DNA from: Chloroflexota bacterium
GTDB taxonomy: Bacteria > Chloroflexota > UBA11872 > VXOZ01
DNA: 64,000 nucleotides
Assembly (NCBI GenBank): GCA_963662335.2
Contig: CAXXVD010000002.1
Location: 128,001-192,000 of the forward strand
Reading direction: 5' to 3'
In this document: positions 38,907-49,672 of the stretch, piece by piece
How the letters are laid out: each line of letters begins with the position of its first letter
How positions within the stretch are numbered: position 1 is the stretch's first letter
Position numbers and translations under genes: made by a program
The notes under the pieces: generated by a model
The model's input: the letters and a program-made list of their open reading frames with translations, nothing else
What the model was told of the DNA's origin: nothing
Databases searched by the model: none

Positions 38907-39388
38907 GTCTTGCTTCCTTTGCGGCTTGCTCTCGTATCCGACGCTCTTGCGCCCGTTCTAGGCCGCTCTCTTCAATTCTCTGAATGCAACACTTCAGTTA
39001 CGCCGTTCCTGCGTCTATTGTAGCAGAAAAGTAGAATCGGTATGTGCCAGTCTTAAACTTGTATATATCACACGCCGCTGCGCGTGGCAACAGGTGAGGC
39101 GATGCGCAACCGCTGCTGGCCGCTGGGGCGCCGTGCAAGACTGAGCCGCAATTCCCGGTTGGCAATTGGCCGGGCCAGGGATGAGCGCGGCCGGTTGTCT
39201 GTCATTCCGGCGGAAGCCGGAATCCAGGGCGGTCTCGCGGAAGATGGATACCCGCTTGCGCGGGTATGACGGACAGTGCGCGACGCGGCGGTAGGGGCAC
39301 GACATGTCGTGCCCCTACCGCCGCGTCGTCCTCCCAACGCGATGTTGTGCCCCTACCTACCGCGGGTATCCGCAGAGGCGTTGAACCG

Positions 39389-40396
39389 CTAGAGGGTCAC
39401 CACGCGGCTCGTGCGGCTGGCTTCGTAGGCGGCCAGGATAATGCGCAGGTTCATGAGGCCGTCCTGGGCGGTGGTGGGCACAGGCCCGTTGCCGTCCAGC
39501 GCGTCGCAGAAGGCGCTGAGGATGGGCGTGTAGCCGTCGGCCGTGCCGGGACCGGGCGCGGGGTATTCGCACTGCTCGCCCCGCCAGAGTTGGATAGGGC
39601 GCTGGGCGTCGCCGCCCAACACCAGCGAGCCTTGCGTGCCCTGGATCTCGCGGGCCGGTGTGCTCCTATCCGCGCCCCAGCCGTTCTGGATTGACGTAAT
39701 CGCGCCGTTCTCGTGGCGCAGGAGCGCGAGCGCGGTGTCTTCCACCTCGAAATCGCGGGCAAAGGTGCCCACCGCGCCGAACACCTCGCGCACCTCGGAC
39801 TGCATCACGTACCGCGCCAGGTAGATGCTGTGGTAGCCGTTGTCGAGCAGCGCGCCGCCGCCGCCGCGTCCGGCCTCCGCGCGCCAGGCCGGGTCATACG
39901 CCGCCGTGCCCAGGTAGTGATAGTTGCCGAAGCCCTCGTAGCGCATCAGGTAGGGGGAGCCAATCGCGCCGCCGCGCACGAGTTCCAGCACGCGGGCGGG
40001 CACGGGCTGGCGCGAATAATTGTGAATGAGCGAGAAGACGACGCCGGCCTGCTCCACGGCGGCGATCATCTCCAGCGCCTCGTCCTCGCGGGCGGCGATG
40101 GGCTTCTCCAGCAGGATGTTGAGTCCGGCCGCGGCCGCCGCCAACGTGGCCGGACGGTGCAGGTGGTGCGGCAGGCAGATGTCTACGAAGTCCATATCGT
40201 CACGGGCGAGCAGGTCGCGGAAATCCGCATAGCGCCCGTCCGCCGGCACCTTGAAGTGACCGCCCAACAGGTCGCGCCGCTCCGCCGCCGGGTCCGCCAC
40301 CGCAACCACGGTGATGCGGTCCGCCAGCTCTTGGTAGGCGCTCTGGTGCCCTCTGGCGGCAATCTGGCCGCAGCCGATGATGCCAACACGTTTCAT
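39389..40396 (-). CDS. Gfo/Idh/MocA oxidoreductase
   Basis: GIIGCGQIA, LLEKPIA, GGGALLDNGYH. Confidence 0.93.
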   Translation of the reverse strand: MKRVGIIGCGQIAARGHQSAYQELADRITVVAVADPAAERRDLLGGHFKVPADGRYADFRDLLARDDMDFVDICLPHHLHRPATLAAAAAGLNILLEKPIAAREDEALEMIAAVEQAGVVFSLIHNYSRQPVPARVLELVRGGAIGSPYLMRYEGFGNYHYLGTAAYDPAWRAEAGRGGGGALLDNGYHSIYLARYVMQSEVREVFGAVGTFARDFEVEDTALALLRHENGAITSIQNGWGADRSTPAREIQGTQGSLVLGGDAQRPIQLWRGEQCEYPAPGPGTADGYTPILSAFCDALDGNGPVPTTAQDGLMNLRIILAAYEASRTSRVVTL

Positions 40397-40477
40397 GTCT
40401 TGATTTCCTTTACAGGTCCTGACTAGATCCTATCCACTTGAACCGGTTAGCGCACCACGTTGGTAAGTGCCTCCAGT

Positions 40478-41350
40478 GTAGCGCGGGGGCTTGTCCCCCG
40501 CTTCTTCGCTGGAACGCGCTACCAGAAGAACGCGAATCTCTCTTCGCGTTCGTTCGTGCTTCAGTAAACTCAGTTCTCCGTAGCGCGAGGGCTAGTTCTC
40601 CACAGGAATCCCGTAGCGCGGGGGCTTGTCCCCCGCCTCTTCTCCTGAGGAGGGTTAACTCTTGGCACTATTCGTCAAGCTCAAGCGCCAGGGAGCCGGA
40701 GAACGGGTAGTCTTGCCACCGCTTCACTATACCCTTTCGCACCGGGTTATCGAGCACATACCGTGCCACTTCGTATAGGCTTTCTTCTTCCCGGAGAAAG
40801 TGGTCCCAGAAGCTGACTTGCCAGATGCGGCCGGCCGCCCCGTGTTGCCAGGCGGCACGCTGCGCCAGATTCTTGTACTGGCCAACGAACGATATGATGT
40901 CGCAAGATGGCGACGGCCCTAGAACGATATGTACATGGTCGGGCATGGGACAGTATGCGTAGACTGGCGCGCCGGTCTTGCTAGCGCGTTCGCGCAGCAC
41001 GTCCGCCGCCGCTCGCGCGACCCTTGGGTTTGCGAATACTGCGCGCCGGGCACGAGTGCCAATTGTCACCGAGCAGATCATACCGAGTTGACCGTAGAGT
41101 TCCCGGTCAAGGCGGATACGTTTGTGGCGAAATTGACTCGCGAGGGTTTTTGAATTCATGGTCACTCTCTAGCGGGCCAGCGGGGGACAAGCCCCCGCGC
41201 TACGGGTGGGAACGGCCCTGCGGGGGACAAGCCCCCGCGCTACTCCTGAACCGTTGCGCCTTTGTACCGTCCGCCGCTTCGGCAGGCGGCGGGGGACAAG
41301 CCCCCGCGCTGCGGTGCGGACGATCTTGCGGGGACAAGCCGCCGCGCTAC
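40478..41350. repeat. Clusters of 24-bp REP gtagcgcgggggcttgtcccccgc flanking the RAYT gene
   Basis: Left copies 40478, 40580 (degenerate), 40613; right inverted copies 41180, 41220, 41289, 41328; dispersed copies 7147, 34165, 34479, 45619, 45772, 47212, 51800, 54565. Confidence 0.93.
40668..41165 (-). mobile_element. REP-associated tyrosine transposase (RAYT / TnpA-REP, HUH Y1)
   Basis: AYCPMPDHVH (HUH), IWQVSFWDHFLR, YVLDNPVRKG; flanked by inverted REPs. Confidence 0.92.
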
Positions 41351-41363
41351 GGTAAGAGACCAA

Positions 41364-42212
41364 TTACCCCACTGTTAGGCCCAATTCTTGCTCCACGTAG
41401 GCCTTGTTCGTGGCCGCGCTGGCTTTGGGGGTGGAGCGGGAGCGGTCGAGTTCGATCATGAGCCAGCCGGTGTAGCCGCCGGCTTGCAGGGCCTGGACGC
41501 ACTCCTTCACGTGCACCACGCCGCTGCCGAGTTCCACGAAGTCGGGCAGGATGGCGGTAGCCGCGTCCGCGCCCTGGGCCGGAGCCGCCTGGGAGTCGGC
41601 AAAGGCCTGGGGATCCCAGTCTTTCAGGTGGACGTACCGCACGCGCTCGGCGTAGGCGCGCACCACTGCCAGTTCATCGCCGCCGCCCTTGCGCAGGTGG
41701 GCGGTGTCCGGGCAGAGGAAGACGTAGCGCGGATCGGTGGCGTCCATCATGAACGCAATCTCTTCCTCGGTTTCCACCGTGGTGGCGTAGTGCGGGTGGT
41801 AGCAGGCGAGCACACCGTAGTCCAGGCAGCGGCGGCCGATTTCGTTCATGCAGTGCGCCTGGTTGCGCAGGTCGTCGCGGCTGGGGCCGCCCGGCGCGCG
41901 GGAGCCGCCGCCCAGCACCAGGCGGTCCGCGCCGTTGGCGTGCAGAAACTGGGCAAATGCCGCGTTGCGGGCGATCATCTCGTCCATGCGGTGAGCCTCG
42001 TTCATGGGGCCGCCGCCGTAGACGGTGGCAAGTTGCAGGCCGCGCCGCGCGATTATGTCCTGAAACTCGCTCACCCTATCGCCGTAGTCGTCCACCACCG
42101 CGGCAAAGGTCTCGAATCCTTTGAACCCCAGCGCCGCAATCTCATCCAACGCCTGCGCGAAACCCTCCATGCCCCACGTAATCGTATGGTATCCGACGCG
42201 AATGTCTGTCAC
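41364..42212 (-). CDS. Sugar phosphate isomerase / IolE-like TIM barrel
   Basis: YHTITW, YHPH, PDTAHL, VHLKD, FVELGSG, IELD. Confidence 0.88.
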   Translation of the reverse strand: MTDIRVGYHTITWGMEGFAQALDEIAALGFKGFETFAAVVDDYGDRVSEFQDIIARRGLQLATVYGGGPMNEAHRMDEMIARNAAFAQFLHANGADRLVLGGGSRAPGGPSRDDLRNQAHCMNEIGRRCLDYGVLACYHPHYATTVETEEEIAFMMDATDPRYVFLCPDTAHLRKGGGDELAVVRAYAERVRYVHLKDWDPQAFADSQAAPAQGADAATAILPDFVELGSGVVHVKECVQALQAGGYTGWLMIELDRSRSTPKASAATNKAYVEQELGLTVG

Positions 42213-42377
42213 GGCTGTTCTCTCCCCGGTTGTCTTCAAGCCAACGTCGGCGTGTATCTTGCCGCTCCGAAGCGTCCAGTGCCGACCTCGGCGCCAGTAT
42301 AGTCGCAGTGGATTGCCATGCGCGCCTTTCCGCTTGTGCTTCGACCGGCTCAGCACGAACGGATTGCTTTCGTCCCC

Positions 42378-43205
42378 TTATTCGCCAACCGCCATTTCCA
42401 CCACCGGCCGGCCGTCTTCTTCCACCCACACGCCGCAGGGGCCGCCGCGCTCGCTGTTGCCCAGGGCCGCCACGCTGCCGTCCATGCGCAGCACCGGGTG
42501 GTAGTACTTCGAGACCTTTTCCGCGCTGCCCATGATGTAGTGGCCGATCAGCGAGCGGCGGAAGCGGTCGGTGGTGCGATTGGGAAAGCTGCCGTGGATC
42601 AACTGACCGTTGAAGAAGAGCACGTCGCCGGCCTTCATCAGCACCGGCGCGGTCTGCACCTGTTCCGGCAGCGGCACGGTCACGTCGGTAAAGCTCTGGG
42701 CGGTATCGGCTTCCTCGGTGCAGAGTTCCGGCAGGGTGTGGCTGCCGGGCGCCACTTGCAGGCAGCCGTTGGCCTCGTCGCAGTCGTCGAGCGCCAGCCA
42801 GGCCGCCATGCACGTGCCGGGCTGCACCTGCAAGTAGAACTGATCCTGGTGCAGGGCCTGGCCGCGCGCGCCGGGCGGCTTGAAGTAGATCATGGTCTGC
42901 ACCGCGAACGGGTCCGCTCCCAGGAGGGTCGCCAGACCCTCCCGAAAGCGCGGGTCCAATATCCACCGCAAGCTCAGGTCGTCCCAGCGGTGCATGTGGA
43001 TCATACGGGGAAAGCGCTTCAAGGGGTCGGCCGCCGGGTCGCTGTCCGGCGCCGCGACGCCGGCGGAATCGCCTTTGTACGTCCCGTTTTGCCGCAGGTG
43101 CATGTAGTGCGCGGTGAGCGCCGCTACCTCGTCCGGCGGAAACAGGCCGCGCGCGATTGTGTAGCCGTCACGCTCGAAAGCGGCTTTGAATGCGTGGTCG
43201 AACAT
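42378..43205 (-). CDS. Phytanoyl-CoA dioxygenase family (PhyH)
   Basis: FERDGY, YFKPPG, LHQD, WLALDD..NGCL, IHGS. Confidence 0.92.
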   Translation of the reverse strand: MFDHAFKAAFERDGYTIARGLFPPDEVAALTAHYMHLRQNGTYKGDSAGVAAPDSDPAADPLKRFPRMIHMHRWDDLSLRWILDPRFREGLATLLGADPFAVQTMIYFKPPGARGQALHQDQFYLQVQPGTCMAAWLALDDCDEANGCLQVAPGSHTLPELCTEEADTAQSFTDVTVPLPEQVQTAPVLMKAGDVLFFNGQLIHGSFPNRTTDRFRRSLIGHYIMGSAEKVSKYYHPVLRMDGSVAALGNSERGGPCGVWVEEDGRPVVEMAVGE

Positions 43206-43385
43206 CGTCGTCTTCCTTCCGTTGCCGTGAGCGCAGTCGCCAATTGCCCACAGTGTACCGCAGACGATTTGGCGTGACCATGCCCGCGCGATTTCGCCGG
43301 TTGCGAGCGCTTTGCGCTGCGTGTAGCCGCGATAGGGCGTACAATAGTCGGGGACGAGTGGCAGCAGCGTAGGAGCGCGCGAGCG

Positions 43386-44585
43386 ATGGTAAGGCAACCT
43401 GACGAATTCCGCCTGGTGTGGGGCGACCTGCACGTGCATTCGTATTTTTCGGCGTGTTACTGGGGCGAGGAGACGCTGCCGGACGGCTTCGACGGCTCGC
43501 CGGCCGATTGCTACCGTTACGCCCGGGGCGTGGCGGGCATGGACTTTGGCGCGGTAACCGATCATACCTGGTCGGGCAGCGGCCGCATGTTGGTGGCGGA
43601 CGAGTGGGCGGAAATCCTGGAAGCCAACCGCCGGTATCACGAGCCGGAGCGGTTCGTGTCGATTCCCGCCTATGAGTGGAACGCGCCCAACGACCGGCAG
43701 TGGGGGCACCGCAACACCATCTTCAACCACGATGAGCCGCCTATTCTCAGCAGCGGTGAGGCGGTGACGGACCTTGCCCAACTCTGGGAACAGCTTGAGG
43801 GCTTGCCGTACGAGGCGCTCAGCATTCCGCACCACCTGGCCCGCGACCGCACGCCCTACGATTGGTCGCAGCACCACCCCCACTGGGAACCGGTGGTGGA
43901 GATTACCTCGCTCTGGGGCAACTACGAGTACCAGGGCAACCCCCACGAGTGCGACCCGAATTGGTCGCCCGGCGCCAGCGGCAGCTTCTTGCAGGACGGC
44001 CTGGCGCGGGCGCGGCAGGTGGGCGTGATCGGCGGCGGCGACAATCACACCGGCCACGCCGGCGGGCACTATTACGATTCGCAGCAACCGAACGCGGCGA
44101 AATCCAAACGCCTGGGGCGCCTGAGCCAACTGCGCATGAACGCCCTGGGCACCGGCCTCGGCGGGCTGTGGGTGACGGAGTTGACCCGCGACGGGATATT
44201 TGAAGCGCTGCGCGCCCGGCGCTGCATCGCGGCTTCCGGCCGCAAGATTGGGCTCTGGACCGAGACCAACGGCCTGCCCATGGGCGCGGAGGGGCCGCCG
44301 CTGGACGAGCGCCCGCGCACCATTGCCTACACCGTTTCCGGCAATGAGCGCATCAAGAACGTCACCCTGGTGCGCAACGGCGTGGACGTGAAGCGCTTCT
44401 ACGGCGACGACTACTACCACGAGGGTGTGTTCGAGGACACCGACCCGCTGGAAAGACTGCTCCGGATCTCTCCCAGCGCCAACGACGGCAACGGCACGGA
44501 CTGGGTCTACTACTACGTGCGCGCGGTGCAGGTGGACGGGCGCACGGCGTGGTCGAGCCCGGTGTGGTTTCCGCTTGGCGGCTGA
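43386..44585 (+). CDS. PHP-like metallohydrolase (DUF3604-like)
   Basis: WGDLHVHS, AVTDH, AYEW, GHRN, IPHH, GGDNH, AWSSPVW. Confidence 0.85.
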   Translation: MVRQPDEFRLVWGDLHVHSYFSACYWGEETLPDGFDGSPADCYRYARGVAGMDFGAVTDHTWSGSGRMLVADEWAEILEANRRYHEPERFVSIPAYEWNAPNDRQWGHRNTIFNHDEPPILSSGEAVTDLAQLWEQLEGLPYEALSIPHHLARDRTPYDWSQHHPHWEPVVEITSLWGNYEYQGNPHECDPNWSPGASGSFLQDGLARARQVGVIGGGDNHTGHAGGHYYDSQQPNAAKSKRLGRLSQLRMNALGTGLGGLWVTELTRDGIFEALRARRCIAASGRKIGLWTETNGLPMGAEGPPLDERPRTIAYTVSGNERIKNVTLVRNGVDVKRFYGDDYYHEGVFEDTDPLERLLRISPSANDGNGTDWVYYYVRAVQVDGRTAWSSPVWFPLGG

Positions 44586-44834
44586 ACGGACGAGTCCTAG
44601 CTGAGCGCCCGACCCTTACGGAGTGGCCTGCGCGCCCGCACCCGTTCGCGCTGATCCTGTCGAAGCGTGAACGGGTGGGCACTTCGACGTGCTCAGTGCG
44701 AACGGCAAGAGCGCCGGTCATGTTTCCCGGCTTGATTTGTTGCGGCGAGTCGCGCAGCGTAGAATAGACACGACTCCCAAAGAGTGCAGACAAACGCGCC
44801 GAGCGGCGCGCTTACTGGGTGGAGAAACGCGCCG

Positions 44835-45569
44835 ATGGCCGAAACAACGCCAAGCGAACCGGAATCTACTGCCGCCTCGGTTTTTTCGCCGGTGCGCAGC
44901 TTGGTCATGCCGGCGCTGGACCTACCCGATCACTTCGCATTCGACACCAGACTGAAGATGGACGGCCAGGAGTTTCTCGCCCACTTGCCGGCGGACAGGA
45001 TTCCGGTCGCGTTCCTCGATCCGCAGTACCGCGGGCTGCTTGACAAGATGTCCTACGGCAACGAGGGCCGCACGAGAAATCGGGGCCGCTCCGCGCTCGC
45101 GCAGATGGACGAAGAGAAGATTGCCGCCTTCGTCCGCGGTATCGACCGCGCCCTGATGCCCAGCGGGCACCTCTTCCTCTGGATGGATAAATACCACCTC
45201 TGCACGGGGTTTTCGCATTGGCTCACGGAGACGAAACTCGCGGTGGTGGATTTGGTCACGTGGGACAAGGGCCGCATCGGCATGGGCTACCGCACCCGGC
45301 GCAAGAGCGAACACCTGGTCGTCTTGCAGAAGACGCCGCGCCGGGCCAAGGGCGTGTGGAAGATGCACGACATTCCGGACGTGTGGGCGGAAACAGTGCC
45401 GCGCGACGCGGTGACCCACCGCAAGCCGGTGGAACTGCAAGGGGCGCTGCTGGCGGCAGTGACAAATCCGGGAGACGTGGTGATCGACCCGGCGGCCGGC
45501 AGTTTCTCCGTGCTGGAGGCGTGCCGCCAACGCAACCGGGTCTTCCTGGGCTGCGACATCGAGGGTTAG
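44835..45569 (+). CDS. Orphan N6A/N4C DNA methyltransferase (beta class)
   Basis: FLDPQY (motif IV) ahead of HRKP and VIDPAAGS (motif I). Confidence 0.85.
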   Translation: MAETTPSEPESTAASVFSPVRSLVMPALDLPDHFAFDTRLKMDGQEFLAHLPADRIPVAFLDPQYRGLLDKMSYGNEGRTRNRGRSALAQMDEEKIAAFVRGIDRALMPSGHLFLWMDKYHLCTGFSHWLTETKLAVVDLVTWDKGRIGMGYRTRRKSEHLVVLQKTPRRAKGVWKMHDIPDVWAETVPRDAVTHRKPVELQGALLAAVTNPGDVVIDPAAGSFSVLEACRQRNRVFLGCDIEG

Positions 45570-45893
45570 TGGCGCGGCGCGCACAGTTCGCGCCGTACCG
45601 CAGGAGGTTCTCCGTAGCGTAGCGCGGGGGGCTTGTCCCCCGCCTGGGCGTTGTGCAGAATGGGTTGATGGTTAGCGCCTGTTCTGAAAGATTGGGCACA
45701 TTGAAAGGTAGTGACAACCTGTCTAAGGTAAGGCGAGCAGCTTGGCTTGAGAGGCACGCCTAGAGCTCTCCGTAGCGCGGGGGCTTGTCCCCCGCCTGGG
45801 TATGGGAGAGAACAGGTTTCTTAGTGATGCCTGTTCGGATTGATGGGTTACACCTGCAAGCATCGACACTCTGCGTAATGTGAGGCGAATACT

Positions 45894-46925
45894 ATGAGCT
45901 CAGAATCCATCCGGGTAGGCATCGTTGGCGCGGGGGCGAACACGCGCGGCAAGCACATTCCCGGCTTGCAGGCCATAGAGGGCGTGGAGGTGGTGAGCGT
46001 TTGCAACCGCAGCCCGGCGTCCAGCGACCGCGCGGCGCGGGAATTCGGCATTCCCCAGACGTATGCGAACTGGAACGAACTGGTCGGCGCGCCGGACACC
46101 AACGCCATCGTCATCGGCACGTGGCCGTACCTGCACTGCCAGGCGACTTTGGCGGCGCTGGCGGCCGGCAAGCACGTGCTCTGCGAGGCGCGCATGGCGA
46201 TGAACGCGGCTGAGGCCCGCGAAATGTACGCCGCGGCGCAGGCCAATCCGCACTTGGTCGCGCAGATCGTGCCCTCCCCCATGACGCTGCGGGTGGACGC
46301 CACTATCAAGCGGCTGCTGGCAGAAGGCTACCTCGGCGACCTGCTGGCGATCGAGGTGCGCGTGGGCGGCGATTTCCTGGATGCCGCCGCGCCGCTCCAC
46401 TGGCGGCAGGACGCTGACCTGAGCGGCTTGAACATCATGAGCATGGGCATCTGGTACGAGGCGGTGCTGCGCTGGGTGGGCGAGGCTACCCGCGTGCAGG
46501 CCATGGGCAAGGTCTTTACGCGGCTCCGCGCGGACGAAACCGGCTCGCTGCGCGCCGTGCGCGTGCCGGAACACGTGGACGTGACGGCCGACATGGCCTG
46601 CGGCGCGCAATTGCACATGCAGGTCTCCGGCGTGACCGGCCTTGCCGGCGCGCCGGAAGCCTTTCTCTTTGGCAGTGAAGGCACGCTGCGCTTCTGCGAC
46701 AACCGGCTCTACGGCGGCAAACGCGGGGATGCGGCCCTGCGGGAGATTGCCATTTCAGATGAAGAGGCCGGCGGCTGGCGCGTGGAAGAGGAATTCGTGA
46801 ACGCCATTCGCGGCTTGGAGCCGGTGACGCACACCACGCCCGCAACCGGCGTGAAGTACATGGAGTTCACCGAGGCGGTGACGCGCAGCATCCAGACCAG
46901 TCGGGCGATTGCGCTGCCGCTGTAG
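45894..46925 (+). CDS. Gfo/Idh/MocA oxidoreductase
   Basis: VGIVGAG, GKHVLCEARMA. Confidence 0.9.
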   Translation: MSSESIRVGIVGAGANTRGKHIPGLQAIEGVEVVSVCNRSPASSDRAAREFGIPQTYANWNELVGAPDTNAIVIGTWPYLHCQATLAALAAGKHVLCEARMAMNAAEAREMYAAAQANPHLVAQIVPSPMTLRVDATIKRLLAEGYLGDLLAIEVRVGGDFLDAAAPLHWRQDADLSGLNIMSMGIWYEAVLRWVGEATRVQAMGKVFTRLRADETGSLRAVRVPEHVDVTADMACGAQLHMQVSGVTGLAGAPEAFLFGSEGTLRFCDNRLYGGKRGDAALREIAISDEEAGGWRVEEEFVNAIRGLEPVTHTTPATGVKYMEFTEAVTRSIQTSRAIALPL

Positions 46926-47359
46926 GGGTGAAGACGAACCCAATCTGCAGCGGGTTGCCATTCGTTCGCCCTACGCCCTTGTACTGCCCTCCGCCGGTCT
47001 TACACGCTTCCGTTCGCCCTGAGCTTGTCGAAGGGTGAACGAATGGTTGCCCGCTTCCTGCTCACTGGCGCTGAGCCTGCCTCGCCGTTCGTACTTCGAC
47101 AGGCTCAGCACGAACGGGGAAGCGGATTCGGCGCTAGCGGTTTGGCGACTCTGTGGGTGGCAGTGCGGGAGTCTTGGCGCGCAGGCTTGTCCCAAAGGCT
47201 GTCGTATTTACGTAGCGCGGGGGCTTGTCCCCCGCTCGTGGCTTCCGGCGCAAACTGCCGCCTAGCCCTGCGCTTCGACAGGCTCAGCGCGTACGGCTAG
47301 AGGCTTCCAAGGCAGAGCCGATTCCCACCCGAGGTTCTTGCGGTTGCAGGCAGCGCCTT

Positions 47360-48031
47360 TCACAGAATCCCGTGCCGCTCGAAGACCGTGCGCATCTTCT
47401 CACCCGCCGCAAGTTCGGCGCGCACGGTGTTTTCGCCCCGCACTTTCTCCTCGGCGGGCGCGAGCACTGCCTCAATCTTCTCGTGGGGAATGACAACGAC
47501 CCCGTCGTATTCGGCCAGGATATAGTCGCCGGGCCGCACCAGCACGCCGCCGCACGTTATCGGCGCGTTGTGGCCGATGGCCTCGGCGCGCCCGGCGGCG
47601 TCGGCGGCGCAAGCGGCCGCGGCAAAGACCGGATACGGCATCCCAATGATCTTGTCGGAATCCCGCACCGGGCCGTCGATCACCGCCCCGGCGGCGCCTC
47701 GTGCCTGGGCGCAGGTGGAGAAGAGTTCGCCCCACAGCGCGCACGGCGGCGCATCGCCCTGGGCGGCCACGTAGACCTCGCCCGGCAGCAGGCTGTCCAT
47801 GGCCTCGATCTCCATGGCGTGATATTCCTCCCGCGAGGGAATGCGCTCAGCCGGACGGAAGTGAATCGGATGGGCGCGGCCCACGATGCGCGCCTCAGGA
47901 TAGAGCGGCCGCACGCGCGGCGCCATCACCTGATGCCGCAAGCCCAGGGCATCGAGCGCGTCGGAGACCACGGCGACGTAGACGCGCCGCAGGCGTTCCA
48001 GATACGGGTCTTGGGGAGAGGCGGCGGACAT
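47360..48031 (-). CDS. RraA family / HMG aldolase-like protein
   Basis: VSDALD, ALWGE, VIDGPVRD, VRPGD....DGVVVIP. Confidence 0.9.
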   Translation of the reverse strand: MSAASPQDPYLERLRRVYVAVVSDALDALGLRHQVMAPRVRPLYPEARIVGRAHPIHFRPAERIPSREEYHAMEIEAMDSLLPGEVYVAAQGDAPPCALWGELFSTCAQARGAAGAVIDGPVRDSDKIIGMPYPVFAAAACAADAAGRAEAIGHNAPITCGGVLVRPGDYILAEYDGVVVIPHEKIEAVLAPAEEKVRGENTVRAELAAGEKMRTVFERHGIL

Positions 48032-48069
48032 GGCGCGGCGCTCCTTTCGCTGTGGTGTGGCTGCGGACT

Positions 48070-49251
48070 TCACTGCTTGGTGTGCGCGCCGCCGTTTTCC
48101 CAGGCGCGCCAGTAGAGCGTCTCGATCTCCTGCGGCGTTGGTTGGCGGGGATTGCTGGCCATGTTGGGGTCTTTTGCGCCGTTGGCGACGAGTTGCGGCA
48201 GGGCGTGGGACAACTGCTCCTTGGTAACGCCGGCCGCGCGTAGGGAAGCGGGCAGTCCGGCCTGGGCGCGCAGGTCGGCAAGAGCGTTGACAAGAGCGGC
48301 AACGGAATCGGCGCCGTCCAGTCCCAGGCGCGCCGCCAACGCCGCGTACCGGTCTGCCGCGGCGGGCGCATTGAAAGCAACGACATGAGGCAAGAGCAGG
48401 GCGTTGGCGCGGCCATGGGAGATGCCGAACGCCGGTGTGAGTTGGTGGGAGAGCGCGTGGCAGAGGCCCAGGCCCGCGCGCATGGTGGCCCCGGCCATGG
48501 TCGCCGCCAGGTGCATCTCGGCCCGGGCCGGCGTGTTGCCCGCCGCCTGCACCGAAGCCGGCAGATGCGCCATGACCGCGGCAATGGCATCGCCTGCCAA
48601 CGCTTGGGTCAGCGCATGCGACTCCACACAGGCATACGACTCAACCGCGTGGGCCAGCGCGTCGTAGCCGGTGTCCGCCGCCACGTGGGACGGCATGGCG
48701 GCCGGCAGCGCCGGGTCGAGAATGGCGGCCTCGGGCGCGCCGGTGAAGAGGATGCGCTTGACCGGCGGTTGCGCACCGTTGTCCGTAATCACCGCGCCGC
48801 GCCCGACCTCCGAGCCGGTGCCGCTGGTGGAGGGAATGGCGATGCACCGCACCTGGCCGGTTACGCGCGGCGGCGGGTCGTAACCGGCGGCAACGAGTTC
48901 CGGCACGCTCACGCCGGGCGTCTCGCACGCGGCGCGCACCGCCTTGGTGACGTCCAGCGTTGAACCCCCGCCGACGCCGACAATCGTATCCGGCCCGAAC
49001 TCCGCAGCCGATTCCACGACCAACGCAACAAGCTCCTGCGAGGGGTCCGGCTCGATGGCGTCGAAGACCGCCGTTGCCGCGCCCGCCTGCCGCGCCAGCC
49101 CGCACAACCGCTCCGTGAAGCCCAGCGGCGTCATGGCCGGGTCCGCCACCACCAAGACCCGCTGGCCACAGAGGGTAGGCAAAACGTCAAGCGCGCCGTT
49201 CCCCAGGTGAATCTCGGTGGGAATTGAGAACGAACGGATTTCCACGAACAT
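48070..49251 (-). CDS. Iron-containing alcohol dehydrogenase
   Basis: GGGSTLD, PSTSGTGSE, DALAHAVESY, HALSH, HGRANA. Confidence 0.93.
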   Translation of the reverse strand: MFVEIRSFSIPTEIHLGNGALDVLPTLCGQRVLVVADPAMTPLGFTERLCGLARQAGAATAVFDAIEPDPSQELVALVVESAAEFGPDTIVGVGGGSTLDVTKAVRAACETPGVSVPELVAAGYDPPPRVTGQVRCIAIPSTSGTGSEVGRGAVITDNGAQPPVKRILFTGAPEAAILDPALPAAMPSHVAADTGYDALAHAVESYACVESHALTQALAGDAIAAVMAHLPASVQAAGNTPARAEMHLAATMAGATMRAGLGLCHALSHQLTPAFGISHGRANALLLPHVVAFNAPAAADRYAALAARLGLDGADSVAALVNALADLRAQAGLPASLRAAGVTKEQLSHALPQLVANGAKDPNMASNPRQPTPQEIETLYWRAWENGGAHTKQ

Positions 49252-49672
49252 GGCTCCTTCTGAGCTTAGCATTGACAGACCGAAGCAGACAGAACGAGAA
49301 TGCCAACGACCAGGATGACGGCTCTATACTGTCGCCATTCTACAGGAACGGCGGCATTGTACGCGCCTATCGGCTGTTCGGCACGTGCTTGACAGGTACG
49401 CACTTGCTTGTTGAGGCAAAGTAGGCATCTTCGCTGGTTCCAAGCAAGAGGTGTGGGCTTCACCGGTTGGCAGCTTTGCCTGGGTGTGTGGTCGGGAGGC
49501 TTCAGGGCGCGGAGCCTCGGTTCTCGATGACGAGGGTTGGCATCGTACTCATGCTGTTTGACGCGACTGAAGAGGAAGTGCGATAATAATTCCTAGTAGT
49601 TAGCTAGGTATTAAATGTGTATCCCCTATGGCAGTCTCGAGGCTATCTTGCATCAATCGGAAAGGACGGACA

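Noticed and set aside
41180-41350. CRISPR-like repeat-spacer pattern
   Set aside because: Spacers are irregular (16/45/15 nt) and the repeat is the dispersed REP of the adjacent RAYT.
43206-44420. N-terminal extension of the PhyH ORF (680 aa)
   Set aside because: Antisense to the PHP hydrolase gene; the RBS supports a start at 43205.
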